From Tubiluchus corallicola (Eukaryota; Animalia; Priapulida), in the NCBI GenBank assembly GCA_030141605.1, contig JAQGDQ010000032.1, forward strand, positions 944,056-1,008,055: 64,000 nucleotides of DNA. Reading direction: 5' to 3'. The first letter of the stretch is position 1. Every line of letters starts with the position of its first letter. The notes beneath the pieces are model-generated. The model was not told the origin of the DNA, did no database searches, and saw nothing but the letters and a program-made list of their open reading frames with translations. The translations under genes and the position numbers were made by a program. Positions 12,321 through 35,344 of this stretch are shown one piece after another.

Positions 12321-15032
12321 GAATCACTTTCTGAAAATAAATGGCAAAACATTGTTTTAGCATTGCATGAATACCGGTAAAAGAATTAAGTACATAAAAT
12401 TGAAACAAAATCGGTAATTATTGATTTATCCTTCAAATATAAACTTTATTAGACCATTTGGGACTAAAATCAGGCAGAATTAAGGTTTCATTTTGTCAAT
12501 AAGCAAAAGCTAGCCACCAAGATATAAATATGAAGAGGGAGGTGTAGAACTAAATCATTTGCGAACAGCTTAGGCTATGCATCTTAAGAGCTTACAGCAG
12601 CACGTCGTCATACCCAAATAGAAAATTGCACATTCATATAGACGATGCTTTCTATTTGACCTTAGGTCCCAACATTCGACGTTCTAATGCCACTACGTAT
12701 TTTCGGTCGCTACTAGTGATCATTTTTTGCCTCTGAGGGTAAAATACGTTTAGTTTATGGTCATAGAAAAAACGTCTTTGTTTATCTTACCTTTTCTTGT
12801 ACACCAATGAAAATGTGTACGCCTGTCCCATCTTGTACACCTGTTTTACTTTTTTATTTTTTTACATAGCTCATACTCAGTGCATTGCAAGCCGGTTTCT
12901 AGGAAAGACTTTTATTATTATTAATTTTTTTAGAGCTCGTTTAAAATCATTACCAATAAAACAAAATAAACATTAAGTTTGCTTAAAACGTTGATGACTT
13001 TGACTAGACTGGAACCAATGCTAATTATGGAGGATAATCGTCTAAGTCTCTGCTACTGCATACACGGAGGTATCTTAACCAAATTCGGATGTATATATAG
13101 CCTCATGAAAGAGATTGTTAAAGATGAAACCACCACAGAAGCGATTTTTCACTGGGTCACACATCCACTTACTAACCAAGCCCGATGTCACTTAAGTTAG
13201 GCATCGCATGTTCACACTGAGTTTTATTATTACACCTTCTTTGTCAATCTGTGTGGTGATGGTAGCGGCGGCGGCAAATGTGACGACAACGATGATGATA
13301 AATTCACAATGCAGGCAAAAATTGCTACTTGTTACTGAATTAATAGGTGTGACATTCGGCATTTTCCACTTACAGGACAAAAAACCCTTTATTTAGATAA
13401 AGGTTTAAAAATTAGTCTTCAAATTTTATATTACTTACAAACTGCCTTATTGCATATAGAGGCTGAGCTACACTAACTCTGTATAAAAATTGTAAATTTA
13501 AATTCCCGTGTTGACTGTTAGACGCAGCCATTTTAATAGTAAGTCATTTGAAAAAGATTTAGATAACATTGTGTAAAATTTGAAAAAAATATCAGAACAT
13601 CCGTAGCACATCCCTTACTAACTAAACAAAAGTTCAAATTACTTAATATTGTCAGTAGCATTAATAATATGTTTTTGATGAACCTGCGGTACACACTGGG
13701 AAATGATTCAGCGGCGTTTTACCAGATGGTGCGAACATTTTAAACACTAAGAATTTTCTTTTGTAGTTACATAAGTCGTTTAAACAGGTTAGCGTAATGC
13801 TAAGTAATATAACTTTGTGTAGAAAGTTTTTAGGATATACTTTAAAATTGCTTGTTCTTCCTCTTTAACAACAATGTAAACATAAAATTTCTAAACATCA
13901 CGTTATCAAAGAGCAATATATCAAACATACACTCGTGCGCATCTAGTTTGTTTTTTTGGCTGATTTCCAAATCAATTCCTTGCATTCAATGGCGTGCATC
14001 CTAAAGTCAAAAATGTTTGCTTATACAGCTTAAAAAGTCGCCAAAGTTTGCAAACTTCTGTAAAGCAATTTTATTGTCGTGCACTAATTATTTTCGCATG
14101 TGCAAATGTCTCAGATGGGTGCAGAAAGAAGAGTTTTACTGAGAATAATATAACAGCTGAACCAAAGTTATACTTTACATGCGTGCGCGCTGATAACATG
14201 AGAAGTTACACACACATAAGATACATGCCCCAAAGACTAACCTTTCAGAAAATACAATCAAAGTAAACGAACTGTTGTTAATGAAATTGAAGACTTTCTA
14301 TTAATTTTAATGTAACACATTAATTTTATCTCATTTAGAAAAAAACAGCACTGACAACTGACTAAATTAATGTCAGCTTTTGACTCTAATATAGTAAAGC
14401 AAGTTTGGCGCATGCGCGCTACAGTTTTTTCGATCTGTCGCATTCTGAAGCCATAAGAAAACGACCTATCAAATAATTTTTGTAGCCTCTGCTCTCTTAA
14501 GAGCTGAAGACAAAACGCCAAACCCGCAGTGCTTGTTCGTTGAAATCTGGTTGAAACATTTGGTTGTTAGTAATACGCCCTCACTAACTGCGAATTGAAC
14601 GTTAGGCCGATTTGAGTAACAGTTGAGACAGAATTTTATAATAATGTATATATAATACAATATAATTAGCGTAAATAATACGATATTTGTTTACCTTAAA
14701 AATTATTCCAGAACACGTGTACATTCTATTGTGTTTAATTAACCTGTACTTCAGCAGTAACCGCATCATTGCTATTTATTGTTCTCTTTCATACATTAAC
14801 ACTCTTATTCATTAACCTGAATAAAGTCAGGAACTTATGTGGATTCAGTAGACAATATATTTATTGATTATAGAATAAAGATTACAGAGTTTTAGGTAAA
14901 ATAATGCATAACAATAATAAACAACATCCTAAGGCTCGCAATTTCTTAGACACAGATAACTCATACAGTATGCAGCACAAATGATATATACTAATATTAT
15001 CCAAGCCAATTTTATTACAGGCACATAAAAAC

Positions 15033-15244
15033 ATTTATAGTTAAAAACAACACAACTTTTTAAAAACTTTTACATTAAAAAATTAGAAGTTAAAATCATG
15101 AAAAACGTTTCGACTAGCTGCTGCTGTCATCATCAGTGGTAAATTTCCACAGCAGCAGGTAGTCGAAACGTTTGGCATGATTTTAAGTTTTAACTTTTTA
15201 ATGTAAAAGTTTTTAATAAAGTTGTGTCGTTTTTAACTATAAAT
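15033..15244. mobile_element. ~210 bp palindrome made of two inverted Penelope-like pseudo-LTR fragments containing a hammerhead core
   Basis: Arms atttatagttaaaaacaacacaac...cgtttcgactagctgctgctg and cagcagcaggtagtcgaaacg...gttgtgtcgtttttaactataaat are near-perfect complements. The minus strand reads CTGATGA-T-GAC-loop-GTC-GAAAC. Confidence 0.7.
15099..15141 (-). ncRNA. Minimal type I hammerhead ribozyme motif (probably degenerate)
   Basis: cca-CUGAUGA-u-GAC(agcagcagcua)GUC-GAAAC-GUU. The stem I partner UGG survives only in the opposite-arm copy (gaaacgtt-tgg). Confidence 0.55.
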
Positions 15245-15257
15245 ACTAATATTATGT

Positions 15258-15385
15258 AATGTTATGTTATGTTATGTTATGTTATGTTATGTTATGTTAT
15301 GTTATGTTATGTTATGTTATGTGTGTGTGTGTGTGCGCGCGCGTGCGTGCGTGCGTGTGTGCGTGCGTGCGTGTGCGTGTGTTTG
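15258..15385 (+). repeat. (TTATG)n followed by (GT)n/(GTGC)n microsatellites
   Basis: Direct reading. Confidence 0.95.
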
Positions 15386-15662
15386 TGGGTGTATGTATGT
15401 ATATATAAATATATTGAACTAGTCCAGTTTAACTGCTACTCTCACCTCATGTGCACTCACAAAACATCCTGGTCGCTTTAGAGAATTCTGATGGGATACT
15501 TTTGCTGAATACTACTGTGAAAAAGCTTTTTGTCTTTGTATCAAAGTCCACATGAGATTATCACTCCTGTGAGACTTCGCATATGAATGCAGTGATTCTA
15601 AAAAATTTATCACTGCTGCAAATGCTTTACATCAAAAAGTAATAAACTACATTACCGCTTAC

Positions 15663-16015
15663 CCTGATTCAATTTTATTGCTCGTAATCGTGTCAATGGT
15701 AATATTGAAACTAATGACGTCACCACGGTACTTTCACTGTGCTTTCGTAATGTGTGCGTCTTCATTGGGATTCTATGCTATTCTATCTAATTACACTTTG
15801 TAGTTTCACGAAAAATATTGGCGAATATTGGAAAGTATTTACAATCGGCTCCGGGGGTTGTTTGGTTTTACATCTTGTCGTAAACAAAGCAGAATTTGGC
15901 AAAAGTGGGAGCCCATGCAAGCGCACGCAAAGCTGATTGGACGCAGAAAAGTGATGCTCACAATCTGGCTTCACTTGTGAATCCCGCGAGGAGAATTTAT
16001 AGCGGATATTTTATA
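15663..16015 (-). promoter_or_regulatory. Candidate promoter and non-coding first exon of precursor A, with a full CRE
   Basis: Minus-strand TATAAAA at 16015-16009, GG|GTAAGC donor at 15662, TGACGTCA at 15715-15722. The link to gene A is inferred. Confidence 0.35.
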
Positions 16016-19000
16016 TGAACTTGGAAGCATTTTATGTGGTTAAGGACACTAAAGTTACTTTTTGACATCTACTGAAAAGAGGCGTATATACATGACATCC
16101 GGTAATGCCAAGAATCATTTCTGATCTACAAGTATTGGTTCCTCAGTGACCCAGTCAACAAATCAACAGCACATTCTTTTCATTAGTAAACACTAATTGA
16201 TATATTGACTAAATATAGTCTATCATTACACAAATTTACCCTAAAACCCTATTACGCAGTTCGAATCATGTGTAAACGTACCTTTAGCTCATATAAGCTG
16301 ATTCCAACGACGTGGTGCACTCTGAAAACATTTAACGTATGAAGAAAATAATTAGCTAACAACTATGTTGTTTCAACACATCAAATGTGAGTATATTACT
16401 GAAATTAATTTTGACAAATGGGGGAAAGAGTTTGTCTATTTGGCACAAGGTCTCAAGTTCGAATCTTAACTTGTTAACAAATTCTTAAAATATGTGCTTT
16501 TTATCAAAAGTTTTAGTTTTATCATTTAGTTTAAGTTATTAGAAATACTGATATTACAAATAAAGACATGGCAACCGTATACCCTACGTAGGGAAAGCAT
16601 ATACCCTTGAGTTCGAACTAGCTATCGCTCTTTTTCGTATTTTAAGTTCTTTTTATTACACGTGAACAAGTGAGAAGATAGCCGATTGTTTCAAATCAAT
16701 TGAATTAATGATTCACCTGCAAAACATACACGGGTCATTTGCCTAATAATAATAGACATGAGAAATCTTTGCTGGTAAATATATGGTAGGCAGTTAAATC
16801 ACTAGCCTATAACGAATAAAGTTGCCGACCTTTAACTCATATTGTTTTAATCAAACAACTGGTTTATTCAATAAGGCCTATAGTTATTCTTAGGCAATTA
16901 CAGAATAATTGGTCGGATCTCTCTAATGGCTGCCTTTGAACAGCATGATCTCTACTCCAAATGACTAAAGACCAGACGGTGCATAAATGAATTCTCCAGA
17001 AGCCAAATGTTATTTAATGAAAAATGTCGCACATCTTTAAAACAGAGAGGATGAACGGCTAAAAGTTACGGTTAAATTACGAATCCCCTCCTTATGCTTC
17101 CACGAACCAGCCGTGATAAATGACACACATAGATGTCAAAGATCATTTATCAAAAACGCTGATATTCTCAAACTAACAAAAAATGACGGCATATTATATT
17201 TCTTCGAAAAGCTTGCATTTTAGAATAAACTACATAAAATGTCTTTGCTAAATCATAAAATTCACTTTTTCAAAAATCTTGTACTTTTTGAAAAAGGCGT
17301 GCTGAACTCTTGCAAGTAATTATACTTTTTTCAGCAATAAGCGATTCTTGGGCTCAGTCAGCGCGTATAAATGAGTGACTATGATCCACGTAAATGGGTG
17401 ACGATGGCTTGTCACAATTAGATACCTTCTTTGTTTTTGATCATGTTATTGAAGTGCATTTAATCTTTGACATCGCAGCCTTTTATTAATTTTCACATGT
17501 TATTTATAGTAAAAAGAACAGAGACCAAAAGTACGCAAGCGTTATAACTCCGCAATCGGTGGGTTCATTGAAACAAAGGTAGGGTTGTAGAAGTTGACAG
17601 TTTAAAATGTGGGTCACATTCTACTCAAGTTGAACGTGCGTTCTGCTTGGGCTGTTGTGAGTTGCTCTGTAACTTCTGTTGCCGGAGAATAGCACGGTTG
17701 CCTCACATCATTGGTGTTCAAGTGCAAACTTTAGGAACATGAATTTATTATTGTGATTTCCAGGATATAATTGATAAAGCGGATTAAATCTGAGGAAGGT
17801 AAACTTTTGCAGTTTTGTTTAATCCTGACTTGGAAAATGATGACACTTTTAGTGCAGACTCTGCTTTTCTATAGTGACATGATTTTTATTTCATTGACGT
17901 GTTCATTATAGACATATATATATATATATATATATATACCTACGCAAAAGCTAAGGAAACTTATAGATAACAGCTGGCTAACAAATGTTACAGATATTAT
18001 ACAGTTACTTAAATTGTAGTCGGCAGAAAGAAAAGTTTCAAATTTTTAAGTCATGAAACTGCATTGCAGCAGCAATGATTCGTAAATCGTCTCAATACGA
18101 ATTTTTGTTTGAAAATCTTGCTAACTCCACCTCGACCATCCATAAAAGAAACACATAATGTGAATGGTACAATCACCGCAGTTAGCAAAACAAATGCAAC
18201 AAATCAACTGGTTGTTGCCTATCAATTAATCTACGCAACTTTGAAAAGATCACTGATATCTTTAGGTCTACTATGGCGGAACAAGAATAGCCTAAGTAAT
18301 TCTTTCTTCTGCCTTCTGTTAAGTTTTTAAACGCCCACATCCAATCGACTTTATAATGGTTTTCTGCATTGCTTTCTGATCTCGATAATTATAGCATTTT
18401 GAATTTGCTTTAAGCTAATGAGCGGAAATTCGCCAATAGTTCGAACAGTTGCATAAACTTTGCCAATTATCAGTGCTTACAATAGCTAATTAATACTGTG
18501 ATGCTGTTCTTTGTATTGCGAAATTTTGAAAATCCACAAACATCTTGATCAAACATTTTTCAACGTGTGATAGCTTGAGTGCGAGAGACAGTTATAATCG
18601 TGATATAACAATGGTTGTCTACTGAAAGAGTTATTATGCAGTAAAACCATTGATGCTTTAATAAATCGCTGTAGCTTGACGTTACTTCCTATATGCTGAA
18701 AACCAACACGCGTGGGCGCACCGACTAAACTTTGAGGTTAATAACATTTAGATGGTAATAATAATTATGCTACAATAGGTATTAAATTAATGTGTTTGCT
18801 TTTGCATGGCGCTCGAGTTTTTGAGTTTCTGCATTATTACATTAATTTGCCATTATTGTTCTATCCGAGAAGAGACAGTATGGCTATCTACAGGTCTGTA
18901 AAGAGAAAAATGGGATAATATTTAATCTTTATACTAGCTCCGTAATCTTACAACCTTCGATAGCAGTTTATATCGCTACTTAATTTAATAATGAGAAAGT

Positions 19001-20107
19001 TTATTCATCTAACATTTTAGACAAATATAAAAATGCACCAAAGACGGACAAAATTAAGCTACATACGCAGACGATTGAGTTGACTAGTGGAAAACTGCAT
19101 AATACATTTGCTACTTCGTACTTGTGTACACAAAACCTGTTTACTTTCTTTTTTAAATTAGCTGTGCTTAGGGTCTTCTTTATTTAAAGGCCGTTAACCT
19201 GCGATACAGAGAGGCTCTACTACAAACTAGACTAATGTTTGTTGAAACACTTCTTTTTGTTCAGTACCGCTATTTTATAACATTTATGAAAAAATTTTCT
19301 GTACTAAATTTGTATATCCTGCCATTTTGTTATTATTGTTGTTATTGTTTGTATTGCGGTAAGAAGATTATTAGAAAATCAATTTTGAGCGAAAAATAGT
19401 CACACCAATGTGGAATGGGCTACTCAAACTTTTCATTTTTGCGAACCTTGTTGAACCCGTAGATAAATGCTAAACTCAGACAACCTTCGTTAAAACTTTA
19501 AGAAAAATTATTAAAATGCTTGGAAACTTGTAAAATACTATTTAGTAGACTAGCATCTCTAAATTAAAATCCTAAATAAAACAATCCTAATGTTAAAAAT
19601 ATGTTTCAATGTCAAACCAAACTCTCCAATGAAACATTTCTAGACCAAACTTGTATTTCCGGATGCAATACAGTGTGAAGTGGTCTACAAATCACGTGTA
19701 CATAACGGATCACCTGTTTAATTATACTAATTAACCTTTGCTAGTTAATCCGGAAAAACACGCGCTGCTGCCCCATGGCACAGTTTTTTAACAATTGCCT
19801 TTCATTGTGCAGTAAATTTGACTATTCTCAACGGGTATGAATACAAATTTGTTTCTATTACTTTGATAACATCAGTTATTCCCAACAGCCTTAGAGGTTA
19901 CAGACACAGGAATCAAATTTTATAGGATGTTTTCATATAAAATACATTATGTGGTGAATGCATACAGTAAAATCATCAATTATAGAGCTTAAAATAAACG
20001 TGTGCTCAATCTTATTCAGCTACTGAGTTATTTTCTCTTCTGATAGCTACAGGCTAGATATCGCTTATTGGATTTTTTCCTGATCAGACCCTCACCAAAG
20101 CCCTATT

Positions 20108-20437
20108 GAAGCTTGGACATAATATGTGATGTTCAGGTACGGAAGTCTGTTAGGGTGCCATTGATATATGTAGTCTCTAGGGAACTCTTAAATGACCCTC
20201 CAAAATAGCCTAGATCGAAGATAAGAGGTACCAGCTCATATTGGAGCTCGTATTTGCTAATGACAGACATTTTGAGTGGCATCGAGTGCCTGCTAGACGA
20301 TAACATCTACATTTTATATCTTATCTTCGGTCTAGGCCATTTTGTGTGGTCCTTTAAGAGTTCCCTAAAGACTACATATAACAATGGAGCCCTAGCAGAC
20401 GTCATAACCTGAATATCACATATTATGTCCAAGTTTC
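20108..20437. mobile_element. MITE / foldback element with ~115 bp terminal inverted repeats
   Basis: cttggacataatatgtgat...cctagatcgaagataaga is mirrored by tcttatcttcggtctagg...atcacatattatgtccaag. Confidence 0.85.
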
Positions 20438-21467
20438 TTAGATGACATAACATTGCTATCTTGCTCGATCGATCTGTCTAATCATTATACACAGTCGTAC
20501 TTCTTTTTCCGCTAGTGGATGTTTGTCGACAACGGTTGTTGGGTATTAACTAACACAACCCATTGTAGCAGCATAAATGATTGCCTAAAAACCTTTTATC
20601 TTAAAGTACTCCTTATCTTAAAAAATACAATTTAAAGACAACAAGTCCCGGCTTATAAAATATACTAAAATAGTTTGTTAGCTGTGAATACAGGCGGGGT
20701 GAATGCAAACTACGGGGACAGGGCCGACAGCAGACTCGCTCTTCAAAAGGGTTGACCTTGTTGAACTGTAGTGCTATGTCGCCCCAAGAAGTATTCTTCA
20801 ACCAGCGACGTTGTGACAAAGTTTGTTGAATTACCTGCCTTAGGCATGACACAGTTAGGTAAATTCAGTTTACTTCCTCGACTGTGTCTTAGCTGTTGTC
20901 TGCTATCAGTAATTTGACTATAGCGCGGATGTCACAACGAAGAAATTTATTTTCTTTACTGTAGTAATATTTCACTACACATCATAAATATGAAGCAAAG
21001 CAGATCGTCTGAAACGACTCTTTATAGCTATATATTTATGTATAGATATATGTGATATATCTGTATATGTATATCTGTATATATAATAAAAATAAAATGA
21101 CTACAACATTTAGTTAGTATTGAATTAGTTGGAAATAAAGTTGGAAAATAAAATCCATTTGTTTAATAAGTTTAATTGGTTGAGTACATAATTGGTTCGG
21201 TAACAAGTTTAGGAATAAACTATCACATGTGCAGCACGATTGTGAAGTACCCCAGCTAGTACACTTCTACTAAACGAATAGTCCGCATGAACCTAATCGT
21301 TGTGTTAGCGTGTGTGCGTGTGTGTACATGCGAGAGTGCGTGAGTTGGCATCAAGATAAAATATACTCTCTGAACGTGCAGACTCTATCTGCATAAGTTG
21401 CAAGAAGAACTTATGATAAAACTTGCAAAATTTTCTTACAGAAAGCGACATAATTCTCTAGGCTAAA

Positions 21468-30910
<9,443 letters not shown>

Positions 30911-32345
30911 ACAGTAGTGTTGCTAATGTGCGTTTTCGCTGTGTGAATCATGAATGCTATATTTTGGAATGTGAATGAGCCTTATTGCGCTTCAAAATTC
31001 TTACAGTCCTATTCCCGTAACAGAAGAATGGAAAAACAGATTACAAATGATAATAATCTACACTAAAGATGTTAAGAATGCAACTGAGAAAAAGCAAAAG
31101 ATAACTACTGAGCTGGTCCCTGATTAAGTTATTTTTGTAAATAAGCGTGAAAACGATTGAAATAAAGTTTTATAATTTAATATTCGTGTTAAAAACGCTA
31201 ATGGTTTTATTGGATTAATAAAATATTTATAAATTGTTGTGTGATGTAATATGATGTAATTTGTTCACTGTAAGAGTCTGTATACTTGTTACAGTAAAGA
31301 TTGCGTGAGTAAACAATTAGCGCATAAGCATGCTAGCGAGTAATGATACTGAATCATTTATGTAAATAATTATGTCTTTGACAGTGTCATATTTTATCAA
31401 TAAAACGTAATAACAACATATTTTATGATTTGAGCTTTAAAGTTTTAATAATAGGTAATCATTGGTCTCCTTCGCGAATTGAAAGAAAGAATAATCTCTT
31501 GCATAAAAATGTTACTACGATTTGCGTATAACCTGTGTGCGTGTGTATGTGTGTGTGTGTGTGTGTGCGTGCGTGCGTGTGTGAGCACGTGCGTGAGCGT
31601 GTGGATAATCACTTGATTGGTGGAAAAGGTCGAGAAATATAATCATCTACAAAAATAATAATAGTAAAAGCATTGTGCTAGTATAAATTTTAAGCACTCA
31701 CCCAATCAATTATAAGTATATTAGTCAGTAGTAGTTTGTTACACATTACCGAGAGGACCTATTATTATTGTTTCTAAAAATTAGTTTTAGTTACAGAGAT
31801 TATATTTGGCCATCTTCTTTTAAATAGTTGTAACTATATCAAAATAGTTCAAAATACTTGTCCAACAGCTGTACAAGAAAGGGCAGCCACTTCGCATGCC
31901 AAATTTTAAACCTACAGCATTGTTGAATGATGCTGACTTAAACGACGGGAAGTTTTAATTTTTAATAAATATTTTCAGAAAAAGATGTTAACGCCATTTT
32001 TAGACTATCAGTGTTTAAGAGAACTAGTTTCTTCTGATAACAGAACTAAAACGTTAAAAACGTTAAGGGCGCTCAACTTTGCGGCGCAAGGTATCTCCTC
32101 AAATCCAGCATCATTTTATTTTGTAGAACAGTCACTTCACCTTTTTCAATAATTCTTTTTACTAGCACAATTCATGATAAGAACACACTAGCTGTCAATA
32201 CAAAATAATGTTATAGGACGCTTAATTTTGTTAATGAGTTTAATTACGCATGAGCCTAGGTTGGGTAGCTAGTCGAACAGGTTATTCGTGTCTTGATATT
32301 TGATATTAAGTACACGAAATAGTGAGAAATAGTTTTTGTACCGAT

Positions 32346-33252
32346 CAGGGGCGGATTAACCATTAGGCTAATAAGGCTATAGGTTTAGGCCCTAAATTTT
32401 GACAGGCCTTCGGAATCCAATTAAACAATTAACTTTTAACCAATTAAACAGAGACACAATGCTATTTTAGCGAACATCATAACAAAATTATTTAAACTGA
32501 ACACACGAAATATACGGATATTTTCTTTTTCTTTTTATACATTGCCAGTAAGCACTTGCGTGATTTAGCTTATATTGTGCGCAAAATAGACCCATAGACC
32601 CACATTAGACACAAATTGTTTACATCAGATCCACACACTTAAACGCAGGATATTCTGCCACAAAACACAAGTGGTGTTATACGCAATTTGGACTGCGTCT
32701 GTTTGGACACAGGTAATTTGGGCTCAAGATATTTTGAACAAACAAGTTATTTGGACACACAGACAATTTAGACACATGAATTCGACTGCTGTAAGAGTAG
32801 GTCATTTAGACATGTGCAGCATATTTCTCGTTATCCAACGATTTAGAATCGTCATCAGAGGCAGCCTCAATGACAAACAGTAACCCTCTTTTTGGTTAAC
32901 CAAGCCGAAAATGCATGACAAAAAAATCATTCTATTCATCACAAGTAATGATAAAGGCTGTTGATAAGGCTATGCAAAAACTGAAAAACCTGTCCACAAT
33001 ATTATTAATAGTTTCCGAGACGTTTGATGACAATCTGACCTGTGCACGAGTCTGATATTTTGCTTTTAAATTAATATTTAACCAAATACATGTAGATAGT
33101 TTTATGCTGACATATACCATGATACCATGCAAATAAATTTCAGGATCCGCTGTACAGCACAGTTTTGGATGTTGAATTGTGCATAGCCTGTACGTTTAGG
33201 CCTTACGTTTGTTTGACAGCCTTAGGCTCGTGAAACCCTTAATCCATTCCTG
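32346..33252. mobile_element. Non-autonomous hAT-like DNA transposon
   Basis: Imperfect TIRs caggggcggattaa / ttaatccattcctg, 8-bp TSD gtaccgat / gttccgat (7 of 8), and internal short repeats (tttggacac, ttagacac). Confidence 0.75.
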
Positions 33253-33818
33253 GTTCCGATTCCGTCATAGTTCTTAGTAAAACAGAGGAAAGAAAGAGAA
33301 AATATGTTTCCTCGTCTAGGTAATGTTCTGAAAATGTTCTTCACTTGCTTTCCAAATGAGCTGTCTAGTTACCAGTTTAAGAGTCTTCGTCGGTTTCTTG
33401 TTTTCGCCCCTTTATGCGAACGTAACGAAGTCAATAAACTAAAAATGTATTCATTTAAATCTATCACAGTTCCTAGTATGAAAAATGCAAACGAAATTTG
33501 TTTTTTAAATTATCATAAAAATTTGATTCTAGCGATGAGCATTTAGTAAGTAAGCCTACGGAAAGAAACGAAACTTGTAAGATAAGATAATAGTGATTAG
33601 CATTATTCACCAGTCAGTATGCTTTGCATTAACAAACAACAGGCGACTAAATACTCCTAATAACGAGTTTGTCTTATTTTTCTCTAAATTGAATCTAAAT
33701 ATAATTTTTAACTGAGCGTTATTGTCGATGTAATTTGCCTGAATTAATTTAACGACAGCCCGTTATTACTACATTATTTGAAACTGTAATCAAGTTTGTA
33801 TAGAAAATTTAAGACATT

Positions 33819-34394
33819 CTAAATTCTGACTCCTCTGCTGCTTAATAAATAATGAAGGTCTTTGCTAGGTATGACTGCGCAACGTTTGGTCTTTGGCATA
33901 CATACCACACCAACAACATCCTCATCCTTGGCGTCAAATTTCAGCTTGCTGCGTACATGTTTGGGCAGGTTCTTTACGGGAACAAGCTTCACATTGGTCA
34001 ACTGCTCTTTTCCTAGATTTTTCAGCGGACCTAATAGCGGTTTGCGGGATGTTGAGCGCAATGGTTGCTGCTGTGGGATGCTATGTGCCTTGTTTTTAGA
34101 AAATGCTGTGCTCATCAGTTTCATCAACAAATCTGTAGATATCTCCCTTGGCTTCTGCTTTCTGCGAGTTTCTACTGGCATATGCAAATTATTTTGATCC
34201 CTCACCGCAGTGTCGTATTCGTCTAGTCGCCGAGGACGCCAGCCAACATTGTAAAATCCATCAATAAATTCTTTCAGGTACTGATGTAATTCATCCTGGC
34301 CTTCCGTTATTTGTTTCGGTGATTTATTTTCCCGAAAGAAACTTTGTGCATTTGTTAAGGCTAATGAACTGGCCAGAATTAGTAAAAAGGACAT
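33819..34394 (-). CDS. Orphan secreted precursor B (191 aa), related to precursor A at its C-terminus
   Basis: ATG directly follows acceptor ttttttgttttcAG, so a few upstream codons cannot be excluded. Signal MSFLLILASSLALTNA, furin-type RPRR, plus RRK and KR. Ends CMPKTKRCAVIPSKDLHYLLSSRGVRI*. Confidence 0.88.
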   Translation of the reverse strand: MSFLLILASSLALTNAQSFFRENKSPKQITEGQDELHQYLKEFIDGFYNVGWRPRRLDEYDTAVRDQNNLHMPVETRRKQKPREISTDLLMKLMSTAFSKNKAHSIPQQQPLRSTSRKPLLGPLKNLGKEQLTNVKLVPVKNLPKHVRSKLKFDAKDEDVVGVVCMPKTKRCAVIPSKDLHYLLSSRGVRI

Positions 34395-35344
34395 CTGAAA
34401 ACAAAAAACAATTTATATACGTTAAATGTTTACAGCATTACAAATATTGCATGAATGTATCATTTGCTTTCGAAAGCATAAAACAAAAACGCGAAAAGGT
34501 TAACGAATAAAAATCGCTCAGAAAAAATACTCAGTTGTAGTAATCACAGAATCTGTAGAAAAGATAACACTTTGATATCAATCTACCGAACGTTTTACAG
34601 TTTTACAATGTTGCCCAGCCAAGCGCACTTCTTTCAACTGCTCGAGTTGGTAAACTTTCCCGATTGTTATATGTTCCGATAGCAAATGCAGCAGATATAC
34701 TTTTACTAAAATTACATCACTACTATAAACAATAAATAGCTTTACTTCCACCGATTAAAAACGTTATCTGTGGCTTCGAGATGTTTTTGGTCGCCACGAA
34801 TGCTATTGTTTTCAAACTGAAAGGCAGGAGAATAAAAATCGTTGAACTCTCATCAGTTTTTGCGTCGGAAGTTGACACATCTTAAGACTTAAGTTGAGTG
34901 TGTGTCAGCGGAACGCACTCTAATATTTGTTTACGTTAATATAACAGAAAAACGTTTGCACTTTTTACTATCATTTTCTACTAAAACACGTTTAACAGTT
35001 TTCATTTGAGCATTGTAGCTGATTTGATAGTTCAAATTCAAATTGGTGTCCTACGTTGTTATTTTCTCATTGTGCAAAGCACACCCTATATAGACCCGTT
35101 TACTTGAAATGAGATTACTTTTTAGGCAATTTGGTATAGTTGGAATTTGTTGGTGTCGTTGGAATTTGTTTTAATGCGTAGTTAAAAGATAGCCGGAATT
35201 GGCACAAGAACTACTATAATCGTAACAGTGAGACAGTTTACTCTGCCAAGAAGGGATACAGTCGCTACTTGATTTTTTTTGGAGTTAGGCGATTTTGTTT
35301 TTTATTGTCTAAAACAAATTGCTAGTGCTTTTTTCGTCTTCCCA

